Source of the DNA: a virus
Lineage: Duplodnaviria; Caudoviricetes
Virus record (IMG/VR): IMGVR_UViG_3300037067_009225
Location: 1-64,000 of that record
Length of the DNA: 64,000 bases
Reading direction: 5' to 3' (one strand)
The notes beneath the pieces are model-generated. The model had not been told where the DNA came from. It saw only the letters and a program-made list of their open reading frames with translations, and ran no database searches. The position numbers were made by a program, and so were the translations under genes. Below are positions 8,050 through 18,728 of this stretch, piece by piece. Positions within the stretch are counted from its first letter, which is position 1. Every line of letters begins with the position of its first letter.

Positions 8050-9789
8050 TTAATATTTATACTTATTTATAAGTGTTTCTCTATTGCTAAATCCTCTACT
8101 TCTTGGAGAAATATTAACTTTTGGTGGTGCTTGTGCATTCTTATAAACTGAACGTGGCATACGTGAAATTGTTAAATCAATTTCAGAAGAAAATTCTTCA
8201 ACAGTTTTAGAATATACATGTTCTTGAAATGGAAACAAATCAAATGATAATGTTTTATTAACAAACATGTTTAATAATTCATCTTTTGATTTTTTGTATC
8301 TTATTATTTCAGCACAAATACCAGATTGAATTTTATAATCAAATGGGTCTTTATCAGAATCAGGCAGTTCTGCAGATGGTTCAAAAACATCATTAAGTAA
8401 ATCTTCTGGTATAGGATTATTATATCTTTCATTTAAATATTTTGCAAGCTTAAAAACTTCCATTTTAGTTAAATCACCAATTAAAGCATGAACACCAGTA
8501 CTCCCAATATCCATATAAGATGACCACCCCAATATATCCTCTGTGTGATTTCCAGTTGAAACTATTCCAGAACCAAATCTATGTGATGCCATTATACCTT
8601 GTACTGTTCTTAAAACTGCATGAGCAGTAGCTAAACCAGCATTAGGTATTTTTAAACCACTATCTTTAAAAGATTCTTCATCAGTTTTTATGATAAGATT
8701 TACAATATCTTCAATAGGATTAACCCAACACTTTACTCCTAATTTATCAGCAGTGTAATTAACATATTTTAAGCTATTACTATTTAAGTGTGAAGGGTTT
8801 GTTATAAAGATGGTGTTTTCAACACCCATAGATTTAGCAACAAGAACCGCAACAACTGAACTATCAACACCACCTGATAAATGAACTTGTGCTTTTTTAA
8901 TACCACATAAACGAAAAAATTCTTTTTGTTCAAATAATAAAGAATCTGTAATTTCTTCGTATTTTGATTTATTAAAAAATTTTATTTCTTTATTTGAAAA
9001 AGGATTAACATATGTAGTGTTTTCAGAAAATTGATTTAAAGATGAAATCATTTTTCCGTTTTTATTAAAACACATAGAACCACCATCAAAAATCAAAATA
9101 TTCTTAACAATATCACCAACACCAACAGAATTAACATATAATATAGGAACATTCAAATTATTAGATAAATTTGAAAGTAAATCGTATCTTTTTTGATTTT
9201 TACTATAATAAAAATATGATTGATTTATAGAAATTATAAGTTCTGCACCCATATCAACCATTTCTTGTGAAATATTTCTTGTGTGTTCATTATACCAAAT
9301 ATCTTCACAAATAGGAATACCAACTTTAATTGTAAAAAGATTTTTAATGTTTAATTCAAATATTTTTGTTTCATCACCTTCTGTAAAATATTTTTTATCT
9401 TCATGATGATCAGAATCAGCTAATAATTGCTTATGATAATATTCAATATTACCATTATTGATAACTGCAACAGAATTTTTCAATTTTAAATTACCATTTC
9501 TTCTTGTTCCATGATAAGAAACAAAACCTAATATAACTGCATGATTTGTTGGTGTATTTTGTACTATTATTTGTAATTTGTTTAACTGTTCTTTTATGAA
9601 ATTTAAATTTTCCCATAATGATCCACACATATATCCAGTAATAGCTGTTTCGGGAAAAACTGATATATGAACACTATTATCAAAATCATTCTTTATTTTT
9701 TTTATGATTTTATTTGTATTACCATCTAAATCACCAGTTATAGTGTTAATTTGATGTAATGATACAGATAACATATTTTTATTGAACAT
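8050..9789 (-). CDS. nadE: glutamine-dependent NAD+ synthetase
   Basis: nitrilase domain (FPE, K, ICEDIW) plus synthetase domain (LSGGVDSS, STGNHTE, PSAEL). Confidence 0.92.
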   Translation of the reverse strand: MFNKNMLSVSLHQINTITGDLDGNTNKIIKKIKNDFDNSVHISVFPETAITGYMCGSLWENLNFIKEQLNKLQIIVQNTPTNHAVILGFVSYHGTRRNGNLKLKNSVAVINNGNIEYYHKQLLADSDHHEDKKYFTEGDETKIFELNIKNLFTIKVGIPICEDIWYNEHTRNISQEMVDMGAELIISINQSYFYYSKNQKRYDLLSNLSNNLNVPILYVNSVGVGDIVKNILIFDGGSMCFNKNGKMISSLNQFSENTTYVNPFSNKEIKFFNKSKYEEITDSLLFEQKEFFRLCGIKKAQVHLSGGVDSSVVAVLVAKSMGVENTIFITNPSHLNSNSLKYVNYTADKLGVKCWVNPIEDIVNLIIKTDEESFKDSGLKIPNAGLATAHAVLRTVQGIMASHRFGSGIVSTGNHTEDILGWSSYMDIGSTGVHALIGDLTKMEVFKLAKYLNERYNNPIPEDLLNDVFEPSAELPDSDKDPFDYKIQSGICAEIIRYKKSKDELLNMFVNKTLSFDLFPFQEHVYSKTVEEFSSEIDLTISRMPRSVYKNAQAPPKVNISPRSRGFSNRETLINKYKY

Positions 9790-9793
9790 ATTT

Positions 9794-10186
9794 TTATAAA
9801 TTTATATTTTCTAATTTTCTTTTTCTTAAAATCTTTATATCAAAAACATTATCATAATATTCTTTTAAATCCAAAATATAATACATTTTATTTTTAATAT
9901 GTGTATGTGTTTGTTTTTGTTTTTCTTCTTTAACAAAATTCATTAATTCTGATAATCTTTCTGAATATTCATTTTCATTAAAAAGAATATGTATTATGTT
10001 ATGTAAAAAATAATCTTTTGTATTATAGTTTCTAATATTTTTGTATTTAATATCTTCACTATACAAACCAAAACCAAAAAAATAATATGAATTTTTTAAA
10101 TCAATACCTGGTATGGATGTGATAATGCAAATGTTATTATTTCTTAAATATAAAATAAAATCATCATATGTATTAAATTTCATCAT
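9794..10186 (-). CDS. paralog family A, RxxK tag
   Basis: MKFNTYDDF...LDLKEYYDNVFDIKILRKRKLENI. Confidence 0.7.
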   Translation of the reverse strand: MMKFNTYDDFILYLRNNNICIITSIPGIDLKNSYYFFGFGLYSEDIKYKNIRNYNTKDYFLHNIIHILFNENEYSERLSELMNFVKEEKQKQTHTHIKNKMYYILDLKEYYDNVFDIKILRKRKLENINL

Positions 10187-10554
10187 TCCAAACCAATTTT
10201 ATTTAATTTTTCTTTTCTTATTTTTTTAATATCAAGAACATTATCATAATAATTTTTTAAATCTAAATAAGATATAATAATATTACCTTTTTGTTTTTCA
10301 AAGATAAATTTATTCAGTTCTAATAATCTTTTTTTATCATCATTTTTATCGAAAAGAATATGAACAAAACTTAAAAAATATTTTTCTTTAAAAAATATAT
10401 TATTATTTTGACTATAATAAGGAACATATTTTGAATTATCTTCACCAGAATCATCTTCACCAGAATCATCTTCACCTAAATTATAATTACTTGTATGTAC
10501 ACCATTATATTCTAAAAAATTAAGAAAATCATCATATTTATTAAATTTCATCAT
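10183..10554 (-). CDS. paralog family A, RxxK tag
   Basis: MKFNKYDDF...LDLKNYYDNVLDIKKIRKEKLNKI; GEDDS tandem repeat. Confidence 0.7.
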   Translation of the reverse strand: MMKFNKYDDFLNFLEYNGVHTSNYNLGEDDSGEDDSGEDNSKYVPYYSQNNNIFFKEKYFLSFVHILFDKNDDKKRLLELNKFIFEKQKGNIIISYLDLKNYYDNVLDIKKIRKEKLNKIGLE

Positions 10555-10976
10555 TCCAAGCCAATTTTATTTAATTTATTTTTCCTTATTATTTTTATAT
10601 CCATAAATTTTTCATAAAACTCTTTTAAATCTAAATATAAATATTCATAATGTGACGAATTACCATAATATTCATAATTATCTCTACAATCAGAACGAAT
10701 AATAGTTAAAATATCTTCTTTTTTTAATTCTAATTCATCACCAGTATAAAATAATTCTAAAAACTGATAAAAAACATCATATGTTGGTGATGAATTTTCA
10801 TAATGTGTTGCTTCTCCACCCCAACAATTACCACCACTATATCCATAAACATTTTCTTCTATATAGATATAATCAGAGCCAGATATATTTATATCACTAA
10901 TACAATCATAATAAAAAACACCATTTTGATTTAAATATTCTAAAAATTCATTATATGTTTTAAAATTATTCTTCAA
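10551..10976 (-). CDS. paralog family A, RxxK tag
   Basis: EYYGN...LDLKEFY..DIKIIRKNKLNKIGLE. Confidence 0.7.
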   Translation of the reverse strand: MKNNFKTYNEFLEYLNQNGVFYYDCISDINISGSDYIYIEENVYGYSGGNCWGGEATHYENSSPTYDVFYQFLELFYTGDELELKKEDILTIIRSDCRDNYEYYGNSSHYEYLYLDLKEFYEKFMDIKIIRKNKLNKIGLE

Positions 10977-11418
10977 TGCCTATATTATTTAATTTTTTTA
11001 ACCTCATTTGTTTTAAACTCAATCTTGAATTGTAATATTCTTCAACTTTCAAAGTATTTACATTATAATTGTAATAATTACCATAATAATCAGAATTACC
11101 ATCATAATCATATTCAGATATGAAATGATTTAAAACATTATCAAATTCGTCATCAAATTCTTTATCTTCAAAAATTAAACTTAAAAATGATTTAATATTT
11201 TCAAAAGTTGCTACTTCAGCTTCAACATCGTGATAACCATCTTCACAATTTTCATCACAGCTATGAAAACAACAATATCCATGACTACCACCAATTATAT
11301 GTTCATCTTTAATAATGTATTCATTATCATCATTTTTTTCTAAAATGTCTGATATTTTAGAATTTTTAATAAAATCTATTAATTCATTGAATGATTTAAA
11401 GTTTTTCATATTTTTCAA
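10966..11418 (-). CDS. paralog family A, RxxK tag
   Basis: DYYGN...RLKKLNNIGIEE. Confidence 0.7.
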   Translation of the reverse strand: MKNMKNFKSFNELIDFIKNSKISDILEKNDDNEYIIKDEHIIGGSHGYCCFHSCDENCEDGYHDVEAEVATFENIKSFLSLIFEDKEFDDEFDNVLNHFISEYDYDGNSDYYGNYYNYNVNTLKVEEYYNSRLSLKQMRLKKLNNIGIEE

Positions 11419-11429
11419 TATTATTTATT

Positions 11430-11867
11430 TTATTCTTCATCATTTAATTGTTCATCAGTTGGTTGCCAAATTTCAATTACTGTTGTGTGTGTTGGTATTT
11501 TATATTTTTTAGAATACATCATTATAGAATTAGCAACTGTTCTTACATCACCCAACGATTTTCTGTATGTGTAATTAATAAAGCATTTTTCAGGTTTATT
11601 TTCAAAATAAAACCATTCAAAATAAATATCTCTATCTGTTGAATTTATAATCATTTCAACTGCTTTATCTCTAACATCTTCAAGACATAGATTAAGGTCA
11701 GTTATTATTATATTATCAACCTTATCTGTGTACTTACTAATTTCAGAAAAATCTTTAGGATCATCAACTAAAAGACTGTTCTCTCGTTCTTTTAGTAATT
11801 TCTTTCCTAAAAAAGTTTTACCAGAACAAGGTAAACCAGCAATCATAGTAAATGTTAATTTTGACAT
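11430..11867 (-). CDS. P-loop kinase (AAA_33/PNK-like)
   Basis: Walker A GLPCSGKT. Confidence 0.7.
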   Translation of the reverse strand: MSKLTFTMIAGLPCSGKTFLGKKLLKERENSLLVDDPKDFSEISKYTDKVDNIIITDLNLCLEDVRDKAVEMIINSTDRDIYFEWFYFENKPEKCFINYTYRKSLGDVRTVANSIMMYSKKYKIPTHTTVIEIWQPTDEQLNDEE

Positions 11868-12014
11868 AATATAATAATATATTATGCAAAAATAACAATA
11901 ATTATTGACAAAAAAAATTATAATGAGTTTTTTATTTATTCTTTCGTTGATACTAATATCATATTAAATTTTTTAATTAAAATAGCATTTTGAATTATAT
12001 TTCTCATAACATTT

Positions 12015-12422
12015 TTAAGTTTCTATTAATGTTTTTAGTTTTAATAATCTTTCTAATTTAAACATATTTTTGTAACTATCTTTTGAATAATTTTGATTTC
12101 TATCTTTATATGTATACCAAGTAAACATATCAAAAAGTTTTTCACCTTTTAACGAAACTGTTGTTACATACCTATAAAAATCATTAATTTTATTTTCAGA
12201 TTTTACTGTTTTACATTTAACATCATCATAAGTTTTTATTTTTTTAAAATATAAATTTTTTTCTTTTGGTGTAATAAATAAGCGAAAATCACATAAATAG
12301 TAATTTATATAAAAACCACCATTTAATTCTAAAATAATATCATCTTTTTTTAATTCTAATTCATATTCATAAAAAGATTGTATTTTACAATCAGTTAAAA
12401 CTTTATATAAAACTAATCTCAT
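12015..12422 (-). CDS. hypothetical protein with RxxK tag (RLLKLKTL)
   Basis: ORF; tail motif. Confidence 0.6.
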   Translation of the reverse strand: MRLVLYKVLTDCKIQSFYEYELELKKDDIILELNGGFYINYYLCDFRLFITPKEKNLYFKKIKTYDDVKCKTVKSENKINDFYRYVTTVSLKGEKLFDMFTWYTYKDRNQNYSKDSYKNMFKLERLLKLKTLIET

Positions 12423-12758
12423 TGTATATTTCTGTTAATTTATATTTTCTTAAACATTTTTTAAAAAAAGGATCATTTAAAACTTTTTTATCATATTTTT
12501 TGCAATATTCATATATATGTTTTATGTTATTTTCAAATGAATTTGTTTTACAAAAATTTTCAAAATAATTTGTCAATTCTATTATTTTTTCATTTGTTAT
12601 ATAAGAATCTAAATTTTCAATTCTATTATTCTTTTGTGATATAAGTATCTACAAAAAACTTCATCTACTAAAATTGTTTCTTTATCAATTATTTTTAATA
12701 TTAAACAAGGAAATTTATCACCAACCCAATCTCCAACTTTTAAATTTGAAGTATCCAT
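12403..12758 (-). pseudogene. frameshifted ORF (MDTSNLKVGDW... / ...RKYKLTEIYNE)
   Basis: two partial frames joined by a -1 shift near 12625-12648; 3' frame ends in the RxxK tag. Confidence 0.5.
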
Positions 12759-12760
12759 AA

Positions 12761-13069
12761 TTATTCGCTAAATTTATCAATAGTTTCAACTTCAAATTCT
12801 AATCCACCAAAAATTTTAGATACAAAATTATATAAAACACCAGAAACACAGCCACAAATAAAACCTATAATACCATATAATATAGGCATACCTACAGCCA
12901 TAGATAAAAACACAAATAAAGTTTTACCACCAGTTATTACTGAAAGTAATCCAAATGGAACAATAATTATTAATGCTAATAATGAATAGAAAATAGCCAA
13001 AAAGAAACCAATCTTTAGTACATTAATTTTCTTTAATTTAAAAAGTTTTTTTATGTTAGTATCGTTCAT
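12761..13069 (-). CDS. two-TM membrane protein (DUF3566-like)
   Basis: hydrophobic pair ending LYNFVSKIFGGLEFE. Confidence 0.6.
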   Translation of the reverse strand: MNDTNIKKLFKLKKINVLKIGFFLAIFYSLLALIIIVPFGLLSVITGGKTLFVFLSMAVGMPILYGIIGFICGCVSGVLYNFVSKIFGGLEFEVETIDKFSE

Positions 13070-13355
13070 GTTTAATTTTTTTAATTTTTATAGAACCCAA
13101 ATTGTTTTGTAATAATAAAATAGTATCACCATTTGCATACTTAATGGTATCATTAAATTTATAAATAAAATGTTGATATGGTACATTTGTTGCTGAATAT
13201 CTTATATGATTTTTCTCTTTTTTTTGATTTAATATAATTAAAGCTTTCGAATCATATAAAACATAATGACTATGTTCTATTTTATCAACAACTTTTTCAA
13301 CTGAATAACAACTGTTAAATATAATAAAAATAAATATAAATAAAAAGTATTTCAT
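13056..13355 (-). CDS. putative lipoprotein
   Basis: MKY + hydrophobic stretch + FNSC lipobox-like site. Confidence 0.5.
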   Translation of the reverse strand: MKYFLFIFIFIIFNSCYSVEKVVDKIEHSHYVLYDSKALIILNQKKEKNHIRYSATNVPYQHFIYKFNDTIKYANGDTILLLQNNLGSIKIKKIKHERY

Positions 13356-13670
13356 TTACTTTTTAAAATTTTTTCTTACTTTCATCATTGATTCAGCTAA
13401 TTCATAACTCATATTAGCAATACAATCATTAAGTGTTGTTTTTCCACCATATCTATTTATCATATCTTGAAGAATAAGTTCTCTATGTTCTTTACTCATT
13501 TCTGTATTCCATGAAATAACTTCTGATTTAACAATTTCCACTGCAAATCTATCAATAGTTGTTAATTCTTGATTATCATCAAAAAGTTCTTCTAATTTTG
13601 AATATAATTCTCCAGCTTTATTTTTATCAGAGATATATTCTTCAACTAAAGTTTTTATTTTATCTTTCAT
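13356..13670 (-). CDS. hypothetical protein
   Basis: ORF in operon. Confidence 0.6.
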   Translation of the reverse strand: MKDKIKTLVEEYISDKNKAGELYSKLEELFDDNQELTTIDRFAVEIVKSEVISWNTEMSKEHRELILQDMINRYGGKTTLNDCIANMSYELAESMMKVRKNFKK

Positions 13671-13684
13671 ATATTTATAAATTT

Positions 13685-16600
13685 TTAATATTCAAAAGTT
13701 AAACTTGATACACCATATTCATCTTTTTTAACATCAATTTTTGCATCATAATTGACTGTATGTATATGCTCAATTATAATTAATTTACCAATTTCTTTTG
13801 ATACATCATCCAAAAATTCAATGAATTCATCAACAGATTTATTTAACAATTTAATCATAATTTCATCAAGTAATAATAAATCGCATTTACTCTTTTTATT
13901 TATTTTTCTAAGTGCAACCTTTAAAGCTAAAGCTGAAAATGTTCTTTCTTTACCAGAACTTTCAATAACATTTTGATTAACATCTAACCTATTATCACTT
14001 GATAATTTTAAATTTAATTCATCATCAAAATATATTGAAAAATCCACATTAGATAACAAATTACTTAACTCTTGATTTATTAAATGAATTGATTTCTTCA
14101 ATAAATATGTAGGTAATCCATCCCTATGTATAGATTGCATATACACTTTTCTTATTTCATTACGATTTTCTTGTTTATTATAATCTTCTAAATTTTTATT
14201 TATTAATTCAATATCTTTATTTTTCAATAAAATACTATTATTAATTTCTTCTCTTTCTGTATTATGAGTTTCAATAGTAGTTGTTATTGTTTCAATATTT
14301 GCTTGAATTGTGTTTATTAAAAGTTGTGTTCTTTTATTTTCATCAACTTTATCAGATTGTGAGTTAATTTTTTCTTTTGTTAATTCATCATTTTTTATTT
14401 TTAAATCCAAATTATCATTTTCCAAAGTTAATTTTTCAACAGTATTATTATTTTCTTTTCTGTTTTCAAAATTTAACTTGTCAATTTCAAGATAATCCAA
14501 ACTTTCTTTTAATTTTTTATTCTTTTCTGCTAAAACATTATATTCACTTAATTTAGTTTCTCTGTTTTTTTTATCTTGCTCTAATGTTTTTTCAGTTTCT
14601 TTTTTAGTCTTAACAATATTATCAATTAATGATGTTACATCTGAAAATTTTTCATAATTTCCTTCTTCAAGAAGTTTTATATCATTTTCAGTTTCTGTTA
14701 TTACAGTTTGTGTATCTTTAATTTGTAAAACAGCTTCATCATATTTCTTTTTTAATTCAGGTTCATCTTCAAAATTTTTATTTTTAATTTTTTCAGATTT
14801 TTCTAAAATATTATTTATTTTTTCCTGATGTGGCTTTTTTTCTTCATCCAACTTTTTATAATCATCTTGTAAGTTACTTAATTTTGCTTTTATAGTTGCA
14901 ATATGTTCTCTTACATGAGAAACATTATCTGCTGTTAACACAGTACCACATAATGTACATGTTTTTGATTCTGATATATCACTTATCTGAGTTTTTAATT
15001 CAGTTGCATTTTCTTTAATACTTTCTTGTTTAGTTTTTAAATTTTCTAAAAAAGTTTTATTATTCTGAACCTCATCTTTTAATGCTGATAAATGATCTTT
15101 TATCAATTGAACAACATCTTTCTTTTTATTTTCACAATCATTATTCTTAATTGTTATAACATTTTTTAATGAATTAATTTTATTTGTTATAATATTCTTA
15201 CTTTTATCTGATGATTGCGATATTTCAGATTCTTTTTTTGATATAACACCATTTAATTCAGATATTTCAACTCTTAGATTATTAGCAGTTGTATTATCTG
15301 TATCATATGTTTTCTTGTTCAAATTAAATGTTTCATAATCAAAAGTTTCTGGTAAACTTTCATTTAATTTTTTTAATCTTTCTATTTCATCTTTATTAGA
15401 AACAATTTTTTCTTTATTATTTTTAATATTTTGTTCTAAATCAGAAATATTAATTTCAACTAAACTATCATCAATTTTATGTAATTTCTTAATTTCGTTT
15501 TCTTTTCTTTCTCTTTCTAATATTTCTTCTTCTTTTTTCTTTTCAATATTTTCTAAAATAGTATTCAAAGATTCATTTAATGTACGTATTTCTACATTTA
15601 ATTTAGTTATCTTTTCTTTTTCTTCTATTGGATTAATATTAATTCTTTCTTCATTTAATTCTTTAATATAATCTTTATATTCTTTTAATTTTATTTCAAA
15701 AATATCATAACCAGCATCCCTGATAATAGAATCAATAAAAACTGATCTATCCATTGATATTAAATCATTTAAATTATCTGCAGTTGTTAACACTAAACGA
15801 ACAAATGTTGTAAAATCACCAAGTGCATCTTCAATAATTGGCTGAGTTTTTTTCAAAGTTTCACCAACTAACTTATTTTCTTCTATTAATTCAGTACCAC
15901 TATAAAAAACTAAATCAGTTTTAACACCACTTATTTCTGATTTATCTCTATTCCATTTTCTAACAGATTTTCTTGTTATGGTATATAAATCACCATTAAT
16001 ATTTAAAACTGCACCACCACTACATTCATCCAAATCTCTTTTATTATTTATATATCTATTATCACCATTTTTTTCAGCTTTTAATGTTGATAATGTTTTA
16101 CCATAAAGAATGTAACAAATGGCATCTAAGATGGTTGTTTTTCCTTGCTGATTCTCACCATGTATTTGAATTATTCCATTAACACCATTCCAATCAATAA
16201 TATTACCATCTCCATATGATTTGAAATTGTCAAACCAAAATTTTTCAATTTTCCATTCAACACCATTTGTTACATCTTTTATTTGTAATCTTGAATTAAT
16301 AATATCATCTATTTTTAAAACTTCTTTGATGAATTCTTCATCATATTTATTCAACTTTAAATATTCTTCAAATATAGTTCTTTGTGTTTCTTGATTGTTA
16401 ATATCTATACCTTCATTAACAAATTTTATATCAGTAATATCAGTATAAATTGGATTTTTTTCTATTCTTATTTTATCAATCTTATACTTATCTTTAATAT
16501 ATTGTCTGATTTTAATTTCATTAGATTTATTAATTTGTGAACTGATGTCAGACCATTTAACCTTAATTTCTGGTTGTGATTTAATATAAGGTGATGTTAA

Positions 16601-17377
16601 ATTTAAATTTTCATAATCAGTATTTTCTTTTACTTCAAAATTAATAAAAACATGTTCATTAGGCATTTCAATAAATTCATGAGTACCATTTTTAATATCC
16701 CACATGATAAAACCATGTGAATGTGGTAACTCACCAAAATTTTGTTGAATTAAACTTGATGAATATGCAATATTTTTGTTTTTTCCAAAAGTTTGATAAA
16801 GGTGAATATCACCTAAAAAGGTGTATGCGCCTTTAAAAGAATCCAAAGAAACATAATTTCCTTTTGTCATAGGAAATCCATTATGACTTAAACAACTTTG
16901 TACTGGATCATGAAATAAATCAATATACGTTTTTCCTTTTATTTTTGAATGTGGTATTTCTATCCAAGGATTTTTATATTTCATATCTCTATGATTCCAA
17001 ACAGCCCATACTACATTATCATCTTCATAAAAACCTGTTTGATTATAATATGTGATGTTTGGATTATTAATCATTTTAGTGATTGTTTCAACAGTATCTA
17101 TGCGAGAAAGATTTTTTTTCATCAAATCGTGGTTTCCTCTTGTAATCACAACATGTGATATTCTTGCTAAATTGTTTAAAAATGAAGCCATTAATAATTG
17201 AGCTTCATTTGATAAATCAACAAAATCGTGATATAAATCACCAACTATAACTATTCTATCTGGTTTTTTTGATGAAAGAATCTTATATAAATCATTAAAT
17301 ATTTTTCTATATTCATCATGTCTTAATTGACTTCTGTGAATATGTAAATCACTTAAATGTGCAATTTTTTCGACCAT
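13685..17377 (-). CDS. fused SbcD/Mre11 nuclease - SbcC/Rad50 ATPase
   Basis: SDLH, GDL, GNHD, GDIH phosphoesterase motifs; GENQQGKT Walker A; coiled coil with CTLC zinc hook; SSGKE signature; LLLLDE Walker B. Confidence 0.92.
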   Translation of the reverse strand: MVEKIAHLSDLHIHRSQLRHDEYRKIFNDLYKILSSKKPDRIVIVGDLYHDFVDLSNEAQLLMASFLNNLARISHVVITRGNHDLMKKNLSRIDTVETITKMINNPNITYYNQTGFYEDDNVVWAVWNHRDMKYKNPWIEIPHSKIKGKTYIDLFHDPVQSCLSHNGFPMTKGNYVSLDSFKGAYTFLGDIHLYQTFGKNKNIAYSSSLIQQNFGELPHSHGFIMWDIKNGTHEFIEMPNEHVFINFEVKENTDYENLNLTSPYIKSQPEIKVKWSDISSQINKSNEIKIRQYIKDKYKIDKIRIEKNPIYTDITDIKFVNEGIDINNQETQRTIFEEYLKLNKYDEEFIKEVLKIDDIINSRLQIKDVTNGVEWKIEKFWFDNFKSYGDGNIIDWNGVNGIIQIHGENQQGKTTILDAICYILYGKTLSTLKAEKNGDNRYINNKRDLDECSGGAVLNINGDLYTITRKSVRKWNRDKSEISGVKTDLVFYSGTELIEENKLVGETLKKTQPIIEDALGDFTTFVRLVLTTADNLNDLISMDRSVFIDSIIRDAGYDIFEIKLKEYKDYIKELNEERININPIEEKEKITKLNVEIRTLNESLNTILENIEKKKEEEILERERKENEIKKLHKIDDSLVEINISDLEQNIKNNKEKIVSNKDEIERLKKLNESLPETFDYETFNLNKKTYDTDNTTANNLRVEISELNGVISKKESEISQSSDKSKNIITNKINSLKNVITIKNNDCENKKKDVVQLIKDHLSALKDEVQNNKTFLENLKTKQESIKENATELKTQISDISESKTCTLCGTVLTADNVSHVREHIATIKAKLSNLQDDYKKLDEEKKPHQEKINNILEKSEKIKNKNFEDEPELKKKYDEAVLQIKDTQTVITETENDIKLLEEGNYEKFSDVTSLIDNIVKTKKETEKTLEQDKKNRETKLSEYNVLAEKNKKLKESLDYLEIDKLNFENRKENNNTVEKLTLENDNLDLKIKNDELTKEKINSQSDKVDENKRTQLLINTIQANIETITTTIETHNTEREEINNSILLKNKDIELINKNLEDYNKQENRNEIRKVYMQSIHRDGLPTYLLKKSIHLINQELSNLLSNVDFSIYFDDELNLKLSSDNRLDVNQNVIESSGKERTFSALALKVALRKINKKSKCDLLLLDEIMIKLLNKSVDEFIEFLDDVSKEIGKLIIIEHIHTVNYDAKIDVKKDEYGVSSLTFEY

Positions 17378-17419
17378 AATTTATTAAACTTTTTTATTTT
17401 TTGTAATATATTATAGTAA

Positions 17420-17450
17420 CAAATATAGTATTTGTTTTAAAAAATACAAA
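17420..17450 (-). promoter_or_regulatory. Bacteroidota primary-sigma promoter
   Basis: TTTG-N19-TATATTTG upstream of the sbcDC fusion. Confidence 0.75.
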
Positions 17451-17523
17451 TATTATCATAAAATATTTTTAAAAAACATATATTTATTTTAATATATACA
17501 TATATAAAAAATAATATTTTATT

Positions 17524-17730
17524 ATGGAATTAAAAAATATAAAAAGTTTTGAATCTTTTGTTAATGAAGCTAAAGATGATGATATGGACAAATGGTTAAG
17601 TCCAAAACAAAGAAAATTACCAGAAGGTTTAAAGAAAGCTATTGCTGCTAAAAATAAAAAAGCTGGTAAAGTTGGTGGTAAAGCTAAAGAAGATTGTGAA
17701 ACTTGTAAAGACGATAAGAAAAAAGATTAA
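17524..17730 (+). CDS. small basic putative head protein (leader ...IKSFESFVNE)
   Basis: CTS-like leader; TAATATATA at 17490-17498. Confidence 0.65.
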   Translation: MELKNIKSFESFVNEAKDDDMDKWLSPKQRKLPEGLKKAIAAKNKKAGKVGGKAKEDCETCKDDKKKD

Positions 17731-17753
17731 TTTCTTTATTATAATAAAAACAT

Positions 17754-17783
17754 AGGATGTATAAACAAATATACATCCTTTTT
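17754..17783 (+). terminator. intrinsic terminator
   Basis: AGGATGTATA/TATACATCCT followed by T tract. Confidence 0.7.
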
Positions 17784-17838
17784 GTGTTTTGTGTAAAAAG
17801 AAGATGAATTAAAATTAAAAAAAAAATAAAATTGTGTA

Positions 17839-18717
17839 TTATTTACTTAATTTATCTAAATATCTTATAAAAGCAAAAACTGGTTTGTGAGTATTTGAAA
17901 TAATTTCACCTTTTATATAGGGTAATCTTTTAAAAATATACCTTCTTTTAAGTTCATCAATATATTTATCTAATATTAAATTATGTTCATATTCGGTTGC
18001 TGAATCTGGATAAGCATTTTTTATAAAAAGAAAAGATTTTTCTGGTATAATAAAAACCTCATTTTTAACTAAAACTTCTTTTTCTTTTTTAAATAAAGCA
18101 GCAAATGTTAAAATAATATATCTTAAAAATAAATCAATTATTTCTTTAGTGTAATTTTCATCTTTTGTGTTTATTATATTATATGTTTGTTCTAATAAAT
18201 CATTATAATCTTTAGCATATTTTATTTCATTTAAATCATGTGAATAATCTCTATCAAATTTATAAAATAAACTATAATATTTATTAACTTTTCTACTTAA
18301 TGTTGTTAAATAATTATCATTTTTAAATTCACCATATTTATAATATTCACATTTTCTTATACCTTGATAAAGTAAACTTCCATTATTATAATCATTTGGT
18401 ATTTGATATAATCTTTTTAATATTTTAAGGTTATCTTTAGATAAATATTCAATATCATCATATTTAATTGGTTCTAAATCGTTTAAAGATTCAACAGCTT
18501 CTTTTTTCATAACTAACAATATATCTCTGATATCAAAAAAATGATTTATAATATTTTCGCTATCTGATATACCTTTTAACCCTTCAAATTTACCTTTAAC
18601 TAAATTTTGTATAGTTTTTTCATCAAATCTTAAAACCAAATAATAATATTTACTATAATTTTCAGTTGATAACTGAAATTCGTATAATTTATCTTTATAT
18701 GATAAAATATGTTTCAT
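17839..18717 (-). CDS. hypothetical protein, CTS-like leader
   Basis: MKHILSYKDKLYE. Confidence 0.65.
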   Translation of the reverse strand: MKHILSYKDKLYEFQLSTENYSKYYYLVLRFDEKTIQNLVKGKFEGLKGISDSENIINHFFDIRDILLVMKKEAVESLNDLEPIKYDDIEYLSKDNLKILKRLYQIPNDYNNGSLLYQGIRKCEYYKYGEFKNDNYLTTLSRKVNKYYSLFYKFDRDYSHDLNEIKYAKDYNDLLEQTYNIINTKDENYTKEIIDLFLRYIILTFAALFKKEKEVLVKNEVFIIPEKSFLFIKNAYPDSATEYEHNLILDKYIDELKRRYIFKRLPYIKGEIISNTHKPVFAFIRYLDKLSK

Positions 18718-18728
18718 TATAAAAATTA

